This document shows, piece after piece, positions 22,411 through 32,440 of a DNA stretch of 64,000 bases (its first letter is position 1; every line of letters starts with the position of its first letter). Made by a program: the position numbers and the translations under genes. The notes beneath the pieces were generated by a model. That model had not been told where the DNA came from. It saw nothing but the letters and a program-made list of their open reading frames with translations, and ran no database searches. Origin of the DNA: Promethearchaeota archaeon (GTDB lineage Archaea > Asgardarchaeota > Lokiarchaeia > Sigyniarchaeales > SOKP01); NCBI GenBank assembly GCA_048940925.1, contig JBHLOC010000003.1, forward strand, positions 96,001 through 160,000, given 5' to 3'.

Positions 22411-23853
22411 ATGGAATCTTTAACTAAAAGAATCATTGCTATTGTCCTTATTGTAGTCATCGGTGTTGGTATTGGTGTAGGTGTGTGGGTTTTTCTTGGT
22501 CAAGGAGCAGGAACATATTCATGGAGTGCTAAAGATTGTCCTGGAGCTCCAGATGATATTAAAGCAGATCAAATAATTAAGGTCGGAATAATAGGTGATA
22601 CAGAGAGGATACAAGGTGAGGGATCCTTACATGGAGCATTGTTAGCAGCAGAACAAATAAATGAAGCGGGTGGTATTGAAATGGATGGGACAAAATATTA
22701 TATTGGAATTGTTAGTGCTAATTCAGATGAAGCAAATCCTATACTAGATACATCAGTAGCTGTTCGTGCTGCGAAAAGACTTATTAATTTTTATCAAGTT
22801 GATTTCGCATCAGGATCATTTAGAACTGAAGCAGCATTAGCTTACCAAGAATTATTTGCGGTAAAAAAAATTGTATTTTGGAATACTGGGGCAGCGACAC
22901 CAGCACTTACCCAGAAGGTTCTTGATGATTATGCCACATATAAATACTATTTTCAACCAAGTCCACAAAACGTAAGTGGATTAGCAAATAATTTAATTTA
23001 TTTAATACTTGGAACATCTTACTTTAATCATTTTCCACCATCGATGGGCGGCTTAGGTTTTTCAATGCTAAATTTTTCTTTCATGAGAGAAGATCTAGCT
23101 TGGACTAAAGATTTTGCAGATGCTATGATTGAAAACTTAGAAAGTAATAGTTTATTTAATCTGAGCTATACTGGTGTTGATATTGCATTCCCTCAAGATA
23201 TCACTGCTGTAGAAATGGAAAGTCATTGGGACACAGTTGATAAAGCAAAGACCCAAATAGTAGTCCCTATAATTTCTGGTTCTGCAGGATTAACCTTTTG
23301 TCAATCATATGCTTCAAAGAAGCCAAAATGTATCCCTATCGGTATTAATGTTCTATCTCAGGATGGGGAATTTTGGGAACTTTCTGAGGGTACTTGTGAA
23401 TATGGAGTTAGTTTAGAATCTGTATATGAAACAAATAAAACTCCATTAACTCTTCCTTTCTGGAATGCTTATGTAGAGAAATGGGAACAAACACCAATTT
23501 ATACTGCTACTGGTACATATGATTCGATGTTTCAGCTTGCTTGGGCATTAAACGATACTCAATCAACTGATCCCGATGGGATAGTTGATGCATTAGAAAG
23601 TTGGACTACTAATTTAACTGAAGGTAATTATATGATAGGCGCTGGTGGGTTTGTTGCTTATGATAAGAGTCATTGCACCATCCTTGGCTATCCATTTAGT
23701 GCAGCATTAGCTATTCAATGGTATGATGGAGAAAAGATATTAGTTCCAGGACAACTTCTTTATCCAAGTGGAGGCCTCAGTCCATATGGTCCTGCTCTTG
23801 AGAATATGAGCCCATTAGCATTGCCCTCATGGAAAATCTGGGGAGAACCTTAA
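22411..23853 (+). CDS. livK: Branched-chain amino acid-type (HAAT) ABC substrate-binding protein
   Basis: N-terminal TM anchor; GALLAAEQINEAGGI motif; first gene of the liv cluster. Confidence 0.85.
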   Translation: MESLTKRIIAIVLIVVIGVGIGVGVWVFLGQGAGTYSWSAKDCPGAPDDIKADQIIKVGIIGDTERIQGEGSLHGALLAAEQINEAGGIEMDGTKYYIGIVSANSDEANPILDTSVAVRAAKRLINFYQVDFASGSFRTEAALAYQELFAVKKIVFWNTGAATPALTQKVLDDYATYKYYFQPSPQNVSGLANNLIYLILGTSYFNHFPPSMGGLGFSMLNFSFMREDLAWTKDFADAMIENLESNSLFNLSYTGVDIAFPQDITAVEMESHWDTVDKAKTQIVVPIISGSAGLTFCQSYASKKPKCIPIGINVLSQDGEFWELSEGTCEYGVSLESVYETNKTPLTLPFWNAYVEKWEQTPIYTATGTYDSMFQLAWALNDTQSTDPDGIVDALESWTTNLTEGNYMIGAGGFVAYDKSHCTILGYPFSAALAIQWYDGEKILVPGQLLYPSGGLSPYGPALENMSPLALPSWKIWGEP

Positions 23854-23884
23854 CCAAGAAACTTAAAAATAATATTTAAATAAC

Positions 23885-23896
23885 TTTTTTTTTTTT
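23885..23896 (+). terminator. Oligo-T tract, probable archaeal intrinsic terminator or attenuator after the binding-protein gene
   Basis: Run of 12 T about 30 nt after the stop codon at 23853. Confidence 0.5.
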
Positions 23897-24074
23897 CATT
23901 TATTTTTAATTCTTATTTAATTTACACTTAGGGATGTAAGCGAATAATAAGCTTTTTAAGTTATAGAATAAAAATATTTTTAATATATGTGAATTAATAT
24001 TTTGAGCATTTTAATTAACGAAATGACTTATCATAAATGCTTATGGAAAAATATCATCAATAAGGGGATTTTAA

Positions 24075-25115
24075 TTGGTTGTTGAACAAATAATAATTTT
24101 TGGAGCAGTTCAAGGAGCAGTGTATGCGTTATATGCATTGGGATATTCCTTGGTTTATGGGGTAGGGGGTATTTTGAATTTAGCTCATGGTGCATATTAT
24201 TTGGCTGCGATGTATGGTTTTTATTTTACTTGGTTAATATTAGGAGGAACAAGTGGTCTGATTATAGGAATGGGTATTGGATTAATTGTCGCAGTAGTAA
24301 TCGCGATGCTGTCATATTTCTTAATCATTAAACCTTTAGAACACTCTGAAATAAGCGTTTTGATAGGTACATTTGCGATAGGTTTTTTTATGGAAACTTT
24401 AGTAATAGTTATATATGATCCGAACTTCCATGTAATTGGAAAATTATTTACTGGTTATATAAATATTCAAGTAATAATTATTTTAACCTTTATTATAGTA
24501 GGTTTTTTGGAAGGAAATTTAATATTAGCCATTTATGAGATTATTATAAAGAAATTTAAATACATAAAAGTGCATATACTTTCTCTTCTTGGTATAGCAT
24601 TAATAAGCCTATTATACATTCCTATTTCTATAGAAAAACCAACAGTGATTTCTCTTCCTTTTCAATATATCTTAATTATTATTGTATCATTAATAGTTGT
24701 AACTTTGGTAACGATTTTTATAAGTAAATCAAAATTAGGAAAATCTATTCGAGCTGTGTCACAAGATCGTGAAGCTGCTATGCTTATGGGCATAAATGTT
24801 GATAGAATTCTATTATTTACTATTATGTTATCTGCATTGCTTGTTGGTATTGCCGCAATTCTTTATTGTCCTGTAGATATAATAGCTCCTCATTTAGGTT
24901 GGAGTGTACTTACGGCAGCAATTGCAGTTGTTATACTCGGAGGATTGGGAAGTCTCCCTGGTAGTGTAGTTGGAGCATTTATTATAGGTTATGCCAGAAT
25001 TATTACCGATTATCTCATCGATCCAGTCTATTCTTCTTTAATTCCAGTTATAGTCATAATAATAATTCTTGTCGTTAGACCTAGAGGTTTATTTGGCAAA
25101 AAAGAAATTTACTGA
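24075..25115 (+). CDS. livH: HAAT ABC permease LivH
   Basis: GYSLVYGVGGILNLAHG, GKSIRAVSQDREAAMLMGIN and RPRGLFG motifs. Confidence 0.92.
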   Translation: MVVEQIIIFGAVQGAVYALYALGYSLVYGVGGILNLAHGAYYLAAMYGFYFTWLILGGTSGLIIGMGIGLIVAVVIAMLSYFLIIKPLEHSEISVLIGTFAIGFFMETLVIVIYDPNFHVIGKLFTGYINIQVIIILTFIIVGFLEGNLILAIYEIIIKKFKYIKVHILSLLGIALISLLYIPISIEKPTVISLPFQYILIIIVSLIVVTLVTIFISKSKLGKSIRAVSQDREAAMLMGINVDRILLFTIMLSALLVGIAAILYCPVDIIAPHLGWSVLTAAIAVVILGGLGSLPGSVVGAFIIGYARIITDYLIDPVYSSLIPVIVIIIILVVRPRGLFGKKEIY

Positions 25116-25149
25116 TTAAAAAATTGATGAATTAGGGATGATTTGAAAT

Positions 25150-26202
25150 ATGAAAAAATTAAGTGAAAAAGTTAGAGAAGTTCCAGATTATTTGAAGAAT
25201 TGGGTATTAACTTTTAAAGGTGGATTAACCTTATTCTGTTTAGCAATACTCTTTCTTATTCCAATTTTTACTCAAAATGAGTATTATTTAGAAATTTTTG
25301 TCCTGGCAATGATATTCACGATTTTTGCTGCTAGCTGGGATTTTTTAGCAGGTTTTACTGGACAAGTTAGTTTTGGGCATGCTATTTTCTTTGGTTTATC
25401 TGCTTATACCGTTGGCTTTTTACTGGTATCTCTTAACTTTTCCTGGGAAATTTCTTTATTATTTGGGATATTAATCTCAGTAATTATTGGTTTTTTAGTA
25501 GGAGCTGTTTGTTTAAGATTGAAGGGACCTTACTTGGCTGTAGGTACCTTGATAATAAGTCTAATGTTATTAAATTTATTTAAAATAGGGCCAATAAAAG
25601 ATTATCTCGAGGCAAGACATATTTATGGTTGGGGAGATGAAGGCATATCAAGTGTACCCGCATTATCTCCCGATTCCGTTCTAGTTTATTATGCTCTTTT
25701 ACTATTTATGATTTTTTCATTAATAATATTGATCCAAATTTCTAAATCAAATATGGGCACAATTTTAAAATCTATTCGTGATGATGAAACGGGAGCAGAA
25801 GCTTCAGGTATTAATACAACAAAGTATAAAGTTATTGGATTTGTAATTAGTGCTGCATTTGCAGGACTTGCTGGAGGTCTTTTTGTAATGTTTAATAGAA
25901 GTGTAAATCCCCTGATTTATCAACCATATTATTCATTTGTTGTGATTGTTATGGCTGCATTAGGTGGAATCGCAACAATCTCTGGATCTGCCTTAGGGGC
26001 ATTTACATTTATTTTTTTAGCCGAAATTCTTAGAATAGTGGAGACTACGAGTCCTGCAAACCCTATTATTGAAGCTATCTCTAATTCTTCATTTATCTTT
26101 TCAATAATGCTGATAATTATAATTAGATTTGTTTCAGAGGGGATTTTAAAATCTGCCTTAGAAAAATTAAAAGATATGTGGGATATATTACTTGGAAGGT
26201 AG
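25150..26202 (+). CDS. livM: HAAT ABC permease LivM
   Basis: GFTGQVSFGHA, LRLKGPYLA and SIRDDETGAEASGIN motifs. Confidence 0.92.
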   Translation: MKKLSEKVREVPDYLKNWVLTFKGGLTLFCLAILFLIPIFTQNEYYLEIFVLAMIFTIFAASWDFLAGFTGQVSFGHAIFFGLSAYTVGFLLVSLNFSWEISLLFGILISVIIGFLVGAVCLRLKGPYLAVGTLIISLMLLNLFKIGPIKDYLEARHIYGWGDEGISSVPALSPDSVLVYYALLLFMIFSLIILIQISKSNMGTILKSIRDDETGAEASGINTTKYKVIGFVISAAFAGLAGGLFVMFNRSVNPLIYQPYYSFVVIVMAALGGIATISGSALGAFTFIFLAEILRIVETTSPANPIIEAISNSSFIFSIMLIIIIRFVSEGILKSALEKLKDMWDILLGR

Positions 26203-26237
26203 ATATTATTTAATTATGACATATTTAAAAGAAGAAA

Positions 26238-26990
26238 GTGCTTAGTATTATGGGTGTTATTTTAGAAGTTAAAAATTTAACTAAAAAATACAGCGGACTA
26301 ACAGCAGTTAATGATTTCAGTTTTGAAATTAAAAGAGGAGAATTTGTTGGACTAATTGGTCCAAACGGAGCTGGAAAGACTACTGTATTTAATTTAATTT
26401 CTGGATTTGAAAAACCAAATTCAGGCACAATTAGATTTGATGGACGAAATATTACAGGCATGGACTCTTATAAATTAGTTAATTTAGGTCTAGCGAGAAC
26501 CTTTCAACTTGTTAGGTCTTTTAAATTTATGACTCTTCTTGATAATATTTCTGTGTCTTGCTTATCTTCAAGAGGAAAAAAAGTTGCCCATGATTATGGA
26601 ATTGAAGAATATGCTAGTACAATTCTAGCCTCAGTAGGACTGGTAGATAAAGCTAGGATCCCTCCCGTTATATTACCTCACGGAGATCTGAGAAAGCTAC
26701 AGATAGGTAAGGCCTTAGGTTCCAATCCTCAATTGCTACTTCTTGATGAGCCTTTTAGCGGGCTTTCTCATGAAGAACAAGATGTTATAACTGATTTAAT
26801 AAAAAAATTAAATGATGATGGAGTTACCATTTTTATTACAGGACACGTATTACGAGAATTAATGCATCTTGTACCAAGAGTAATAGCGATGCATCAAGGT
26901 AAATTTATTACTGAAGGAACTCCTCAAGAAGTTGCGAATAATAAAATTGTGGTAGAGGCTTATTTAGGAAAAGGTGGAAAATTTGCTTGA
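26238..26990 (+). CDS. livG: HAAT ABC ATP-binding protein LivG
   Basis: GPNGAGKTT, ARTFQ, LLLLDEP and EAYLG motifs. Confidence 0.93.
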   Translation: MLSIMGVILEVKNLTKKYSGLTAVNDFSFEIKRGEFVGLIGPNGAGKTTVFNLISGFEKPNSGTIRFDGRNITGMDSYKLVNLGLARTFQLVRSFKFMTLLDNISVSCLSSRGKKVAHDYGIEEYASTILASVGLVDKARIPPVILPHGDLRKLQIGKALGSNPQLLLLDEPFSGLSHEEQDVITDLIKKLNDDGVTIFITGHVLRELMHLVPRVIAMHQGKFITEGTPQEVANNKIVVEAYLGKGGKFA

Positions 26991-27687
26991 AATAAAAAAA
27001 ATATATCATTATTATGGAAAGGCTAAAGCTCTTGAAGAAATTAATTTAAAAATCGAAGAAGAGGCTCTTGATGCAGTAATAGGGCCAAATGGAGCTGGAA
27101 AAAGCACGCTTCTACGAGTGATTTCTGGACTTGAAGAACCAGATAGAGGAAAAATTGAATTTCTTGGTGAGAGAATTGATGAGTTAAAAGCTCATAAAAT
27201 TGCTAGAAAAGGTATCGGTCACTGTCCAGAACGACGTAGATTATTCTATGATATGTCTGTTATGGAAAACCTTGAGATGGGGGCCTATTCCCTAAAAGAT
27301 AGGAAGAAATTTAAACAAATGTTGAATTTTGTATTTGAATTATTCCCTCGTTTGGAAGAAAGAAAGAAACAACGAGCAGGAACATTAAGCGGTGGGGAAC
27401 AACAAATGCTTGCCATCGCACGTGCAATCATGTCAAGTCCAAAATTACTATTAATGGACGAACCTTCATTAGGGTTAGCTCCCAAGGTTAAAGAAAAAAT
27501 ATTTGAAGCTATAGAACAAATTAAAAACGAAGGAACAACAACTTTATTGGTTGAACAAGATGCTGTACTTGCTATGGAGGTTGCTCAAAATATTCATGTT
27601 CTTGAAGAAGGAAAAATAGAGATGAGAGGAACAAAAGAGGAATTAGAAAGAGAACCTCGAATAAAACAAGTATATTTAGGAATTTAG
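26974..27687 (+). CDS. livF: HAAT ABC ATP-binding protein LivF
   Basis: GPNGAGKST, LSGGEQQMLA, DEPSLGLAP and LVEQ motifs. Confidence 0.93.
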   Translation: MENLLEIKKIYHYYGKAKALEEINLKIEEEALDAVIGPNGAGKSTLLRVISGLEEPDRGKIEFLGERIDELKAHKIARKGIGHCPERRRLFYDMSVMENLEMGAYSLKDRKKFKQMLNFVFELFPRLEERKKQRAGTLSGGEQQMLAIARAIMSSPKLLLMDEPSLGLAPKVKEKIFEAIEQIKNEGTTTLLVEQDAVLAMEVAQNIHVLEEGKIEMRGTKEELEREPRIKQVYLGI

Positions 27688-27698
27688 GGTGATAAGAA

Positions 27699-29138
27699 TT
27701 GTCGGCTCCATTAGAAAAGTTGTTAAGAGATGCCAGAATTGATCTTGTGCTATCAAGGATAGAAAAGGATCCTACAGTTATAGATGAAGTTATCAACTAT
27801 GTTGATAGTGATAGTAGATCTATAAAATTTAATTCAATTATAGTTTTGGGAGACTTAGGGGAACAATCTTCAAAAGCTGTACCGACATTAATAAATCGGT
27901 TGAATGATAGTGATTGGAGTGTATGTCGAGAGTCAGCGCGTACTTTAGGAAAAATAGGGAAAAAAGCTGAAATTGCTGTTCCAGATTTAACAAAACTATT
28001 AGATAATAAAGAAGATTCTATTCGGAAAGAAGCTGCGGTTGCTCTAGGAAAAATTGGACTTACTAGTGAGAATTCAATTTCTAAATTGTGCAGTGCTTTA
28101 GAAGATAATAATGAAGAAATCCGTGCCGCAGTAGCTAATGCATGTGGTGAAATTGGAGCAGATGCTTATAACGCCATTCCTGCTCTTATGAAAAGTCTTA
28201 AAGACGTGAGTTGGGCGGTTCGAACAGCAGCAGCAGCAGCTATTAGCAATATTGGAAGAGGAACTATAAAAACAATCCCAAGCTTAATAGACGCACTTGA
28301 GGATGATGATTGGAGAGTGCGTTTTAGGGTTGTAAATACTCTTGCAGAAATTGGGGAAGAATCGATTCCAAATCTTTTAAGAGTTTTAACTCATAAAAAC
28401 CCAGTAGTAAGAAAGGAAGCGCTTGAAACATTAGGAGAAATTAAGAAAGCGGACCCACAGGTTATCGAAGATACTGCGAAGCTTTTATTTGATAAAAAAG
28501 AAGTAGTACGAGGAAAAGCTGCTGATACCCTTCGAAGCATTGGTAAAGAGAGTATTCCTATATTTATTGAAGCTTATGATAAATCTAAAAATAATATGAA
28601 AAATATAATCATTTCTTCTATTGGTGGTATTGGATTAGAAGCTTCAGCTGCGATCCCTTTCTTGACAGAAATTTTAAAAACTCCAGAACAAGAAATAGAG
28701 AATTTATCCACTATTAATTATATGATTAAAAGACCATTAATAGCATTTTTTAAGGATCCATTCTCATCAAAGGCTAGACAAAGAGTAGAAACAGCAAGAG
28801 CACTGGGAAAAATTGGTCTCAATTCAGAAGAATCAGTTTCTGCTCTTGAATTAGCTTTAAATGATCCTAAAGATAATGTACGACGAGAAGCTGCACTTTC
28901 TTTAGGGAAATTAGGTTCTTCATCAAGATCTGCAGTTCCTTCTTTAATTAAAACATTAAAAGATAAGAATCGAGATGTAAGATGGCGTGCTTCTGAAGCA
29001 TTAGGATTAATAGGTGTAAAAACTGAAGATGTAGTTTCAAATTTAAACACACTAATTCATGATAAGTGTGATTATGTCTGCGAATCTGCTATTACTGCAT
29101 TAGATTCTTTAACCGAAGAAGAACACAAATATTATTAG
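27699..29138 (+). CDS. HEAT-repeat (PBS lyase-type) solenoid protein
   Basis: Many repeats of L-x-D-x-x-x-x-VR-x-x-AA-x-ALG-x-IG. Confidence 0.9.
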   Translation: MSAPLEKLLRDARIDLVLSRIEKDPTVIDEVINYVDSDSRSIKFNSIIVLGDLGEQSSKAVPTLINRLNDSDWSVCRESARTLGKIGKKAEIAVPDLTKLLDNKEDSIRKEAAVALGKIGLTSENSISKLCSALEDNNEEIRAAVANACGEIGADAYNAIPALMKSLKDVSWAVRTAAAAAISNIGRGTIKTIPSLIDALEDDDWRVRFRVVNTLAEIGEESIPNLLRVLTHKNPVVRKEALETLGEIKKADPQVIEDTAKLLFDKKEVVRGKAADTLRSIGKESIPIFIEAYDKSKNNMKNIIISSIGGIGLEASAAIPFLTEILKTPEQEIENLSTINYMIKRPLIAFFKDPFSSKARQRVETARALGKIGLNSEESVSALELALNDPKDNVRREAALSLGKLGSSSRSAVPSLIKTLKDKNRDVRWRASEALGLIGVKTEDVVSNLNTLIHDKCDYVCESAITALDSLTEEEHKYY

Positions 29139-29215
29139 CAGATCCATATTTTTTTTAAATAAAATATTATTTTGTGATAATTCTAAAAAAGCATTTATAA
29201 AGAGGTAACTAAAAG

Positions 29216-30901
29216 TTGAGTGAAAATCCGTATGCAGAAAAACCTTGGCTAAAACATTATGATGAGGACGTTCCCGCTGAAATAGACATCCCTGAAATGA
29301 ATATATTAGAGTTTCTTGATAATTCGACTGAAGAGTTTGGTGGTAGAACTGCTATTTGGTTTATGAAAAACAAAATATCTTACAAAAAATTCAAGGATGT
29401 CGCTGATAAGCTTGCTACTGTTCTTGTTGATTTAGGTGTGAAGAAAGGTGATGTTGTTGCAATTATGTTACCAAATATGCCTCAATTTATGTTTAGTTTT
29501 TATGGTATCTTGAAAGCGGGAGGAATTGTGACAGCCTGCAGTGTTCTACACACAGAACATGAGCTAGCATACCAATTAAATGATGCTGGAGCAGAAATAA
29601 TCATAGCATGGGATAATCAATTAGAAAAAATTATGAATATAAAGGAAAGAACACGTCTTAGACATATAATTATTACTAATATATTAGATTATGGTCCAAT
29701 GGCTCCGAGAAATCCACCTGAAATTGCTGGTACTCTACAATTTCTAAACTTAATTGAAAAAATCAAACCTAATCTACCCAAATTTGAGACTAATGCAAAA
29801 GAAGATGTAGCAATTTTGCAATATACTGGAGGAACCACAGGCTTACCTAAAGGAGCAATGCTCACACATTATAATCTAGTAGCTAATTGTATGCAGATGT
29901 ATGAATGGAATAAATCCGTATTACAGAGAGGCAAAATGACAGCACTTACTACATTACCATTATTTCATATTTATGGAATGCAAGTGTGTATGAACAGTTT
30001 TATCTATAGTGGAACAACCATTGCTTTACATCCTGATCCTCGAGATCAGAAAGGTTTATTTGAAGTAATTAAAGCAACTCATCCTGCATTATTTCCTGGT
30101 GTACCAACAATGTACATGCGTTTGTTAGAACGCGATGATCTTGAAGATTATGCTAAAGATCTAAGATCAATTAAAATTTGTAATACTGGTGCTGCCCCAA
30201 TGCCCCCCGAAGTTCTTAAAGAGTTTGAGGAACGAACAGGGGCTCTAATAATTGAGGGATATGGAATGACGGAGGCTTCGCCTGTAACACATGTTAATCC
30301 TGTAAAGGGAACAAGAAAAATTGGTTCTGTAGGTCTTGCTGTCTCAAATACTGAATATATACTTGTTGATATTGATGATTATACCAAAATTATGCCTCAA
30401 GGTGAATCGGGAGAAATAATGATTAAAGGTCCACAAGTTATGAAGGGATATTGGAATAAACCAGAAGAAACAGAAAATCAATTGAAAGATAGATGGCTTT
30501 TAACTGGTGATATTGGTAAAATGGATGAGGATGGGTATCTATTTATAGTTGATAGGAAAAAAGATATGATTGATGTCAGTGGATTTAAAGTATACCCAAG
30601 AGAAGTTGAAGATGTATTATTTGAACATGAAGCTGTTGAAAATGCTTCAATAATAGGAATCCCTGATCCTGATACACCTGGAATTGAGCGAGTTAAAGCA
30701 TTCATTGTATTAAAAGACGGATATAAAGAAACTGATGAGATTAAGGCTGAAATTAAGGAATTTCTAAGGCAGAATATAGCACCCTATAAAGTTCCAAGAG
30801 AAATTGAATTCCGTAAGGAATTACCTGAAACTTTAGTTGGAAAAGTTCTCCGTAAGGATTTGAAGGATATAGAAGCCAGAAGGCGCGGAGAAGAGGTATA
30901 G
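29216..30901 (+). CDS. fadD: Long-chain fatty acid--CoA ligase
   Basis: YTGGTTGLPKG, EGYGMTE, TGDIG, DRKKD and GKVL motifs. Confidence 0.93.
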   Translation: MSENPYAEKPWLKHYDEDVPAEIDIPEMNILEFLDNSTEEFGGRTAIWFMKNKISYKKFKDVADKLATVLVDLGVKKGDVVAIMLPNMPQFMFSFYGILKAGGIVTACSVLHTEHELAYQLNDAGAEIIIAWDNQLEKIMNIKERTRLRHIIITNILDYGPMAPRNPPEIAGTLQFLNLIEKIKPNLPKFETNAKEDVAILQYTGGTTGLPKGAMLTHYNLVANCMQMYEWNKSVLQRGKMTALTTLPLFHIYGMQVCMNSFIYSGTTIALHPDPRDQKGLFEVIKATHPALFPGVPTMYMRLLERDDLEDYAKDLRSIKICNTGAAPMPPEVLKEFEERTGALIIEGYGMTEASPVTHVNPVKGTRKIGSVGLAVSNTEYILVDIDDYTKIMPQGESGEIMIKGPQVMKGYWNKPEETENQLKDRWLLTGDIGKMDEDGYLFIVDRKKDMIDVSGFKVYPREVEDVLFEHEAVENASIIGIPDPDTPGIERVKAFIVLKDGYKETDEIKAEIKEFLRQNIAPYKVPREIEFRKELPETLVGKVLRKDLKDIEARRRGEEV

Positions 30902-30914
30902 ATTTAAAATATTT

Positions 30915-31073
30915 TTATTTTATATTTTTTTCTTTCCATTTTTTTAGGAAATTCTTAAACTTAAAATCAGAAATACCAAGGGAATTTATTTCTTCCTTAA
31001 TCTCATTTAATTTGGGTTGATCTTTTGATTTAAATGATAATTCCCAATCATAATATGAAACTGCTTTTGACAT
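30915..31073 (-). CDS. Possible 52-aa small protein
   Basis: ATG ORF MSKAVSYYDWELSFKSKDQPKLNEIKEEINSLGISDFKFKNFLKKWKEKNIK, converging on the fadD stop. Confidence 0.4.
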   Translation of the reverse strand: MSKAVSYYDWELSFKSKDQPKLNEIKEEINSLGISDFKFKNFLKKWKEKNIK

Positions 31074-31481
31074 AATTCTTATACTTAATTTTATACAAAT
31101 AAATTGATACAGACTATAGGTTTTCTAATAGTCAAAGAAATAATACAAATTTGTATATTTAGATTTAAGTTTTATCTTCTATATTACGGACCATAGGAAC
31201 AAAAAAAACTAGTTTAGCAAAAATATTTAAGAGGAAAGAGGCATATTTTCTTTAGGAGAGGGGTATCCGACAAAAATATAAATTATTTTCACTCCTAAAA
31301 TAATTTTTTAAATTCGTTAGATTTGATACTCCTCTTTTTTAATAATGGTGGTTTTAATGGGTTTAGGAGGAATTTCATCTTTATTGGGAATAAAATTATT
31401 CCAAAGAAAAACCGCTTTTCTTTAAAAAAATATATACTCAATGTGTAGTACATTTTTTTCATAGAAAATCCTATATCTATT

Positions 31482-32105
31482 ATGCTAACAAAAATTGACT
31501 TTAAAAAAACAATGAAAAATTTATATCAGCCAAATGCTAAAGAAGTGGTAGTTGTTGAAGTTCCTGATATGCAATTTTTAATGATTGATGGAATGGGCTC
31601 TCCTGGAGACTCTCAAGAGTATCAAGATGCACTTACAGCTTTATATCCTGTGGCTTTTAGAGCTAAATTTCTTAGTAAAGCAAAGGGTAAAGATTATGTT
31701 TTTCCTCCCTTAGAAGGTTTATGGTGGGCAGATAATATGAATGATTTTACAGAGGGATATAGGGATAAATGGAAATGGACTATGATGATAATGCAACCTG
31801 ATTGGATAACTCAAGAGATGATAAATGAAGCTAAAGCGATCACAAAGGAGAAAAAATCTGAGCTTTCACATTTACTTCCTAAACTCATATTAGAAAGATA
31901 CAGGGAAGGCAAAGCAGCACAAATCATGCACATTGGTCTTTATTCTGAAGAAGGTCCTACGATTCAAAAATTGCATGATTTCATCAAAAAGGAAGGGGGT
32001 AAATTTAATGGTCATACTAAGAAACACCATGAAATTTATCTTAGTGATCCAAGAAAAGCTAATCCTGCTATTATGAAAACTGTTATAAGACAACCTTTTA
32101 TCTAA
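31482..32105 (+). CDS. GyrI-like small-molecule-binding domain protein
   Basis: PPLEGLWW, WKWTMMIMQP, HHEIYLSDPR and KTVIRQP motifs. Confidence 0.85.
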   Translation: MLTKIDFKKTMKNLYQPNAKEVVVVEVPDMQFLMIDGMGSPGDSQEYQDALTALYPVAFRAKFLSKAKGKDYVFPPLEGLWWADNMNDFTEGYRDKWKWTMMIMQPDWITQEMINEAKAITKEKKSELSHLLPKLILERYREGKAAQIMHIGLYSEEGPTIQKLHDFIKKEGGKFNGHTKKHHEIYLSDPRKANPAIMKTVIRQPFI

Positions 32106-32440
32106 ATTTTTATTGATTTTTAAACATTAAATTAAATCAGAGGGGGAAGCCCTAAAATTATTAAAAAAAGTCTCTTTCTTTATTTTTTTAAATCGGTTAT
32201 TCGCCATTTTAACTCTCTTTTCAAGATTAATATTAACTGAAATTTACAAAAAGTAAACTTTTAGATATTCTATAATCAGTATATCAATCACAGGTAATCA
32301 AGTCACAGCTATGAAAACCATTTAAAAAAATAAGATCGTTGAAAAAAATCTCTGGATCTTATTAGAGCCACACATTTAGTGATAATTATGTTGACAATTT
32401 TTGAGATATTTATAATTCCTTAGACTTTTATTTATTTTAA

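Noticed and set aside
32126-32206. 26-aa minus-strand ORF MANNRFKK...
   Set aside because: Too short and low in complexity to support without homology data.
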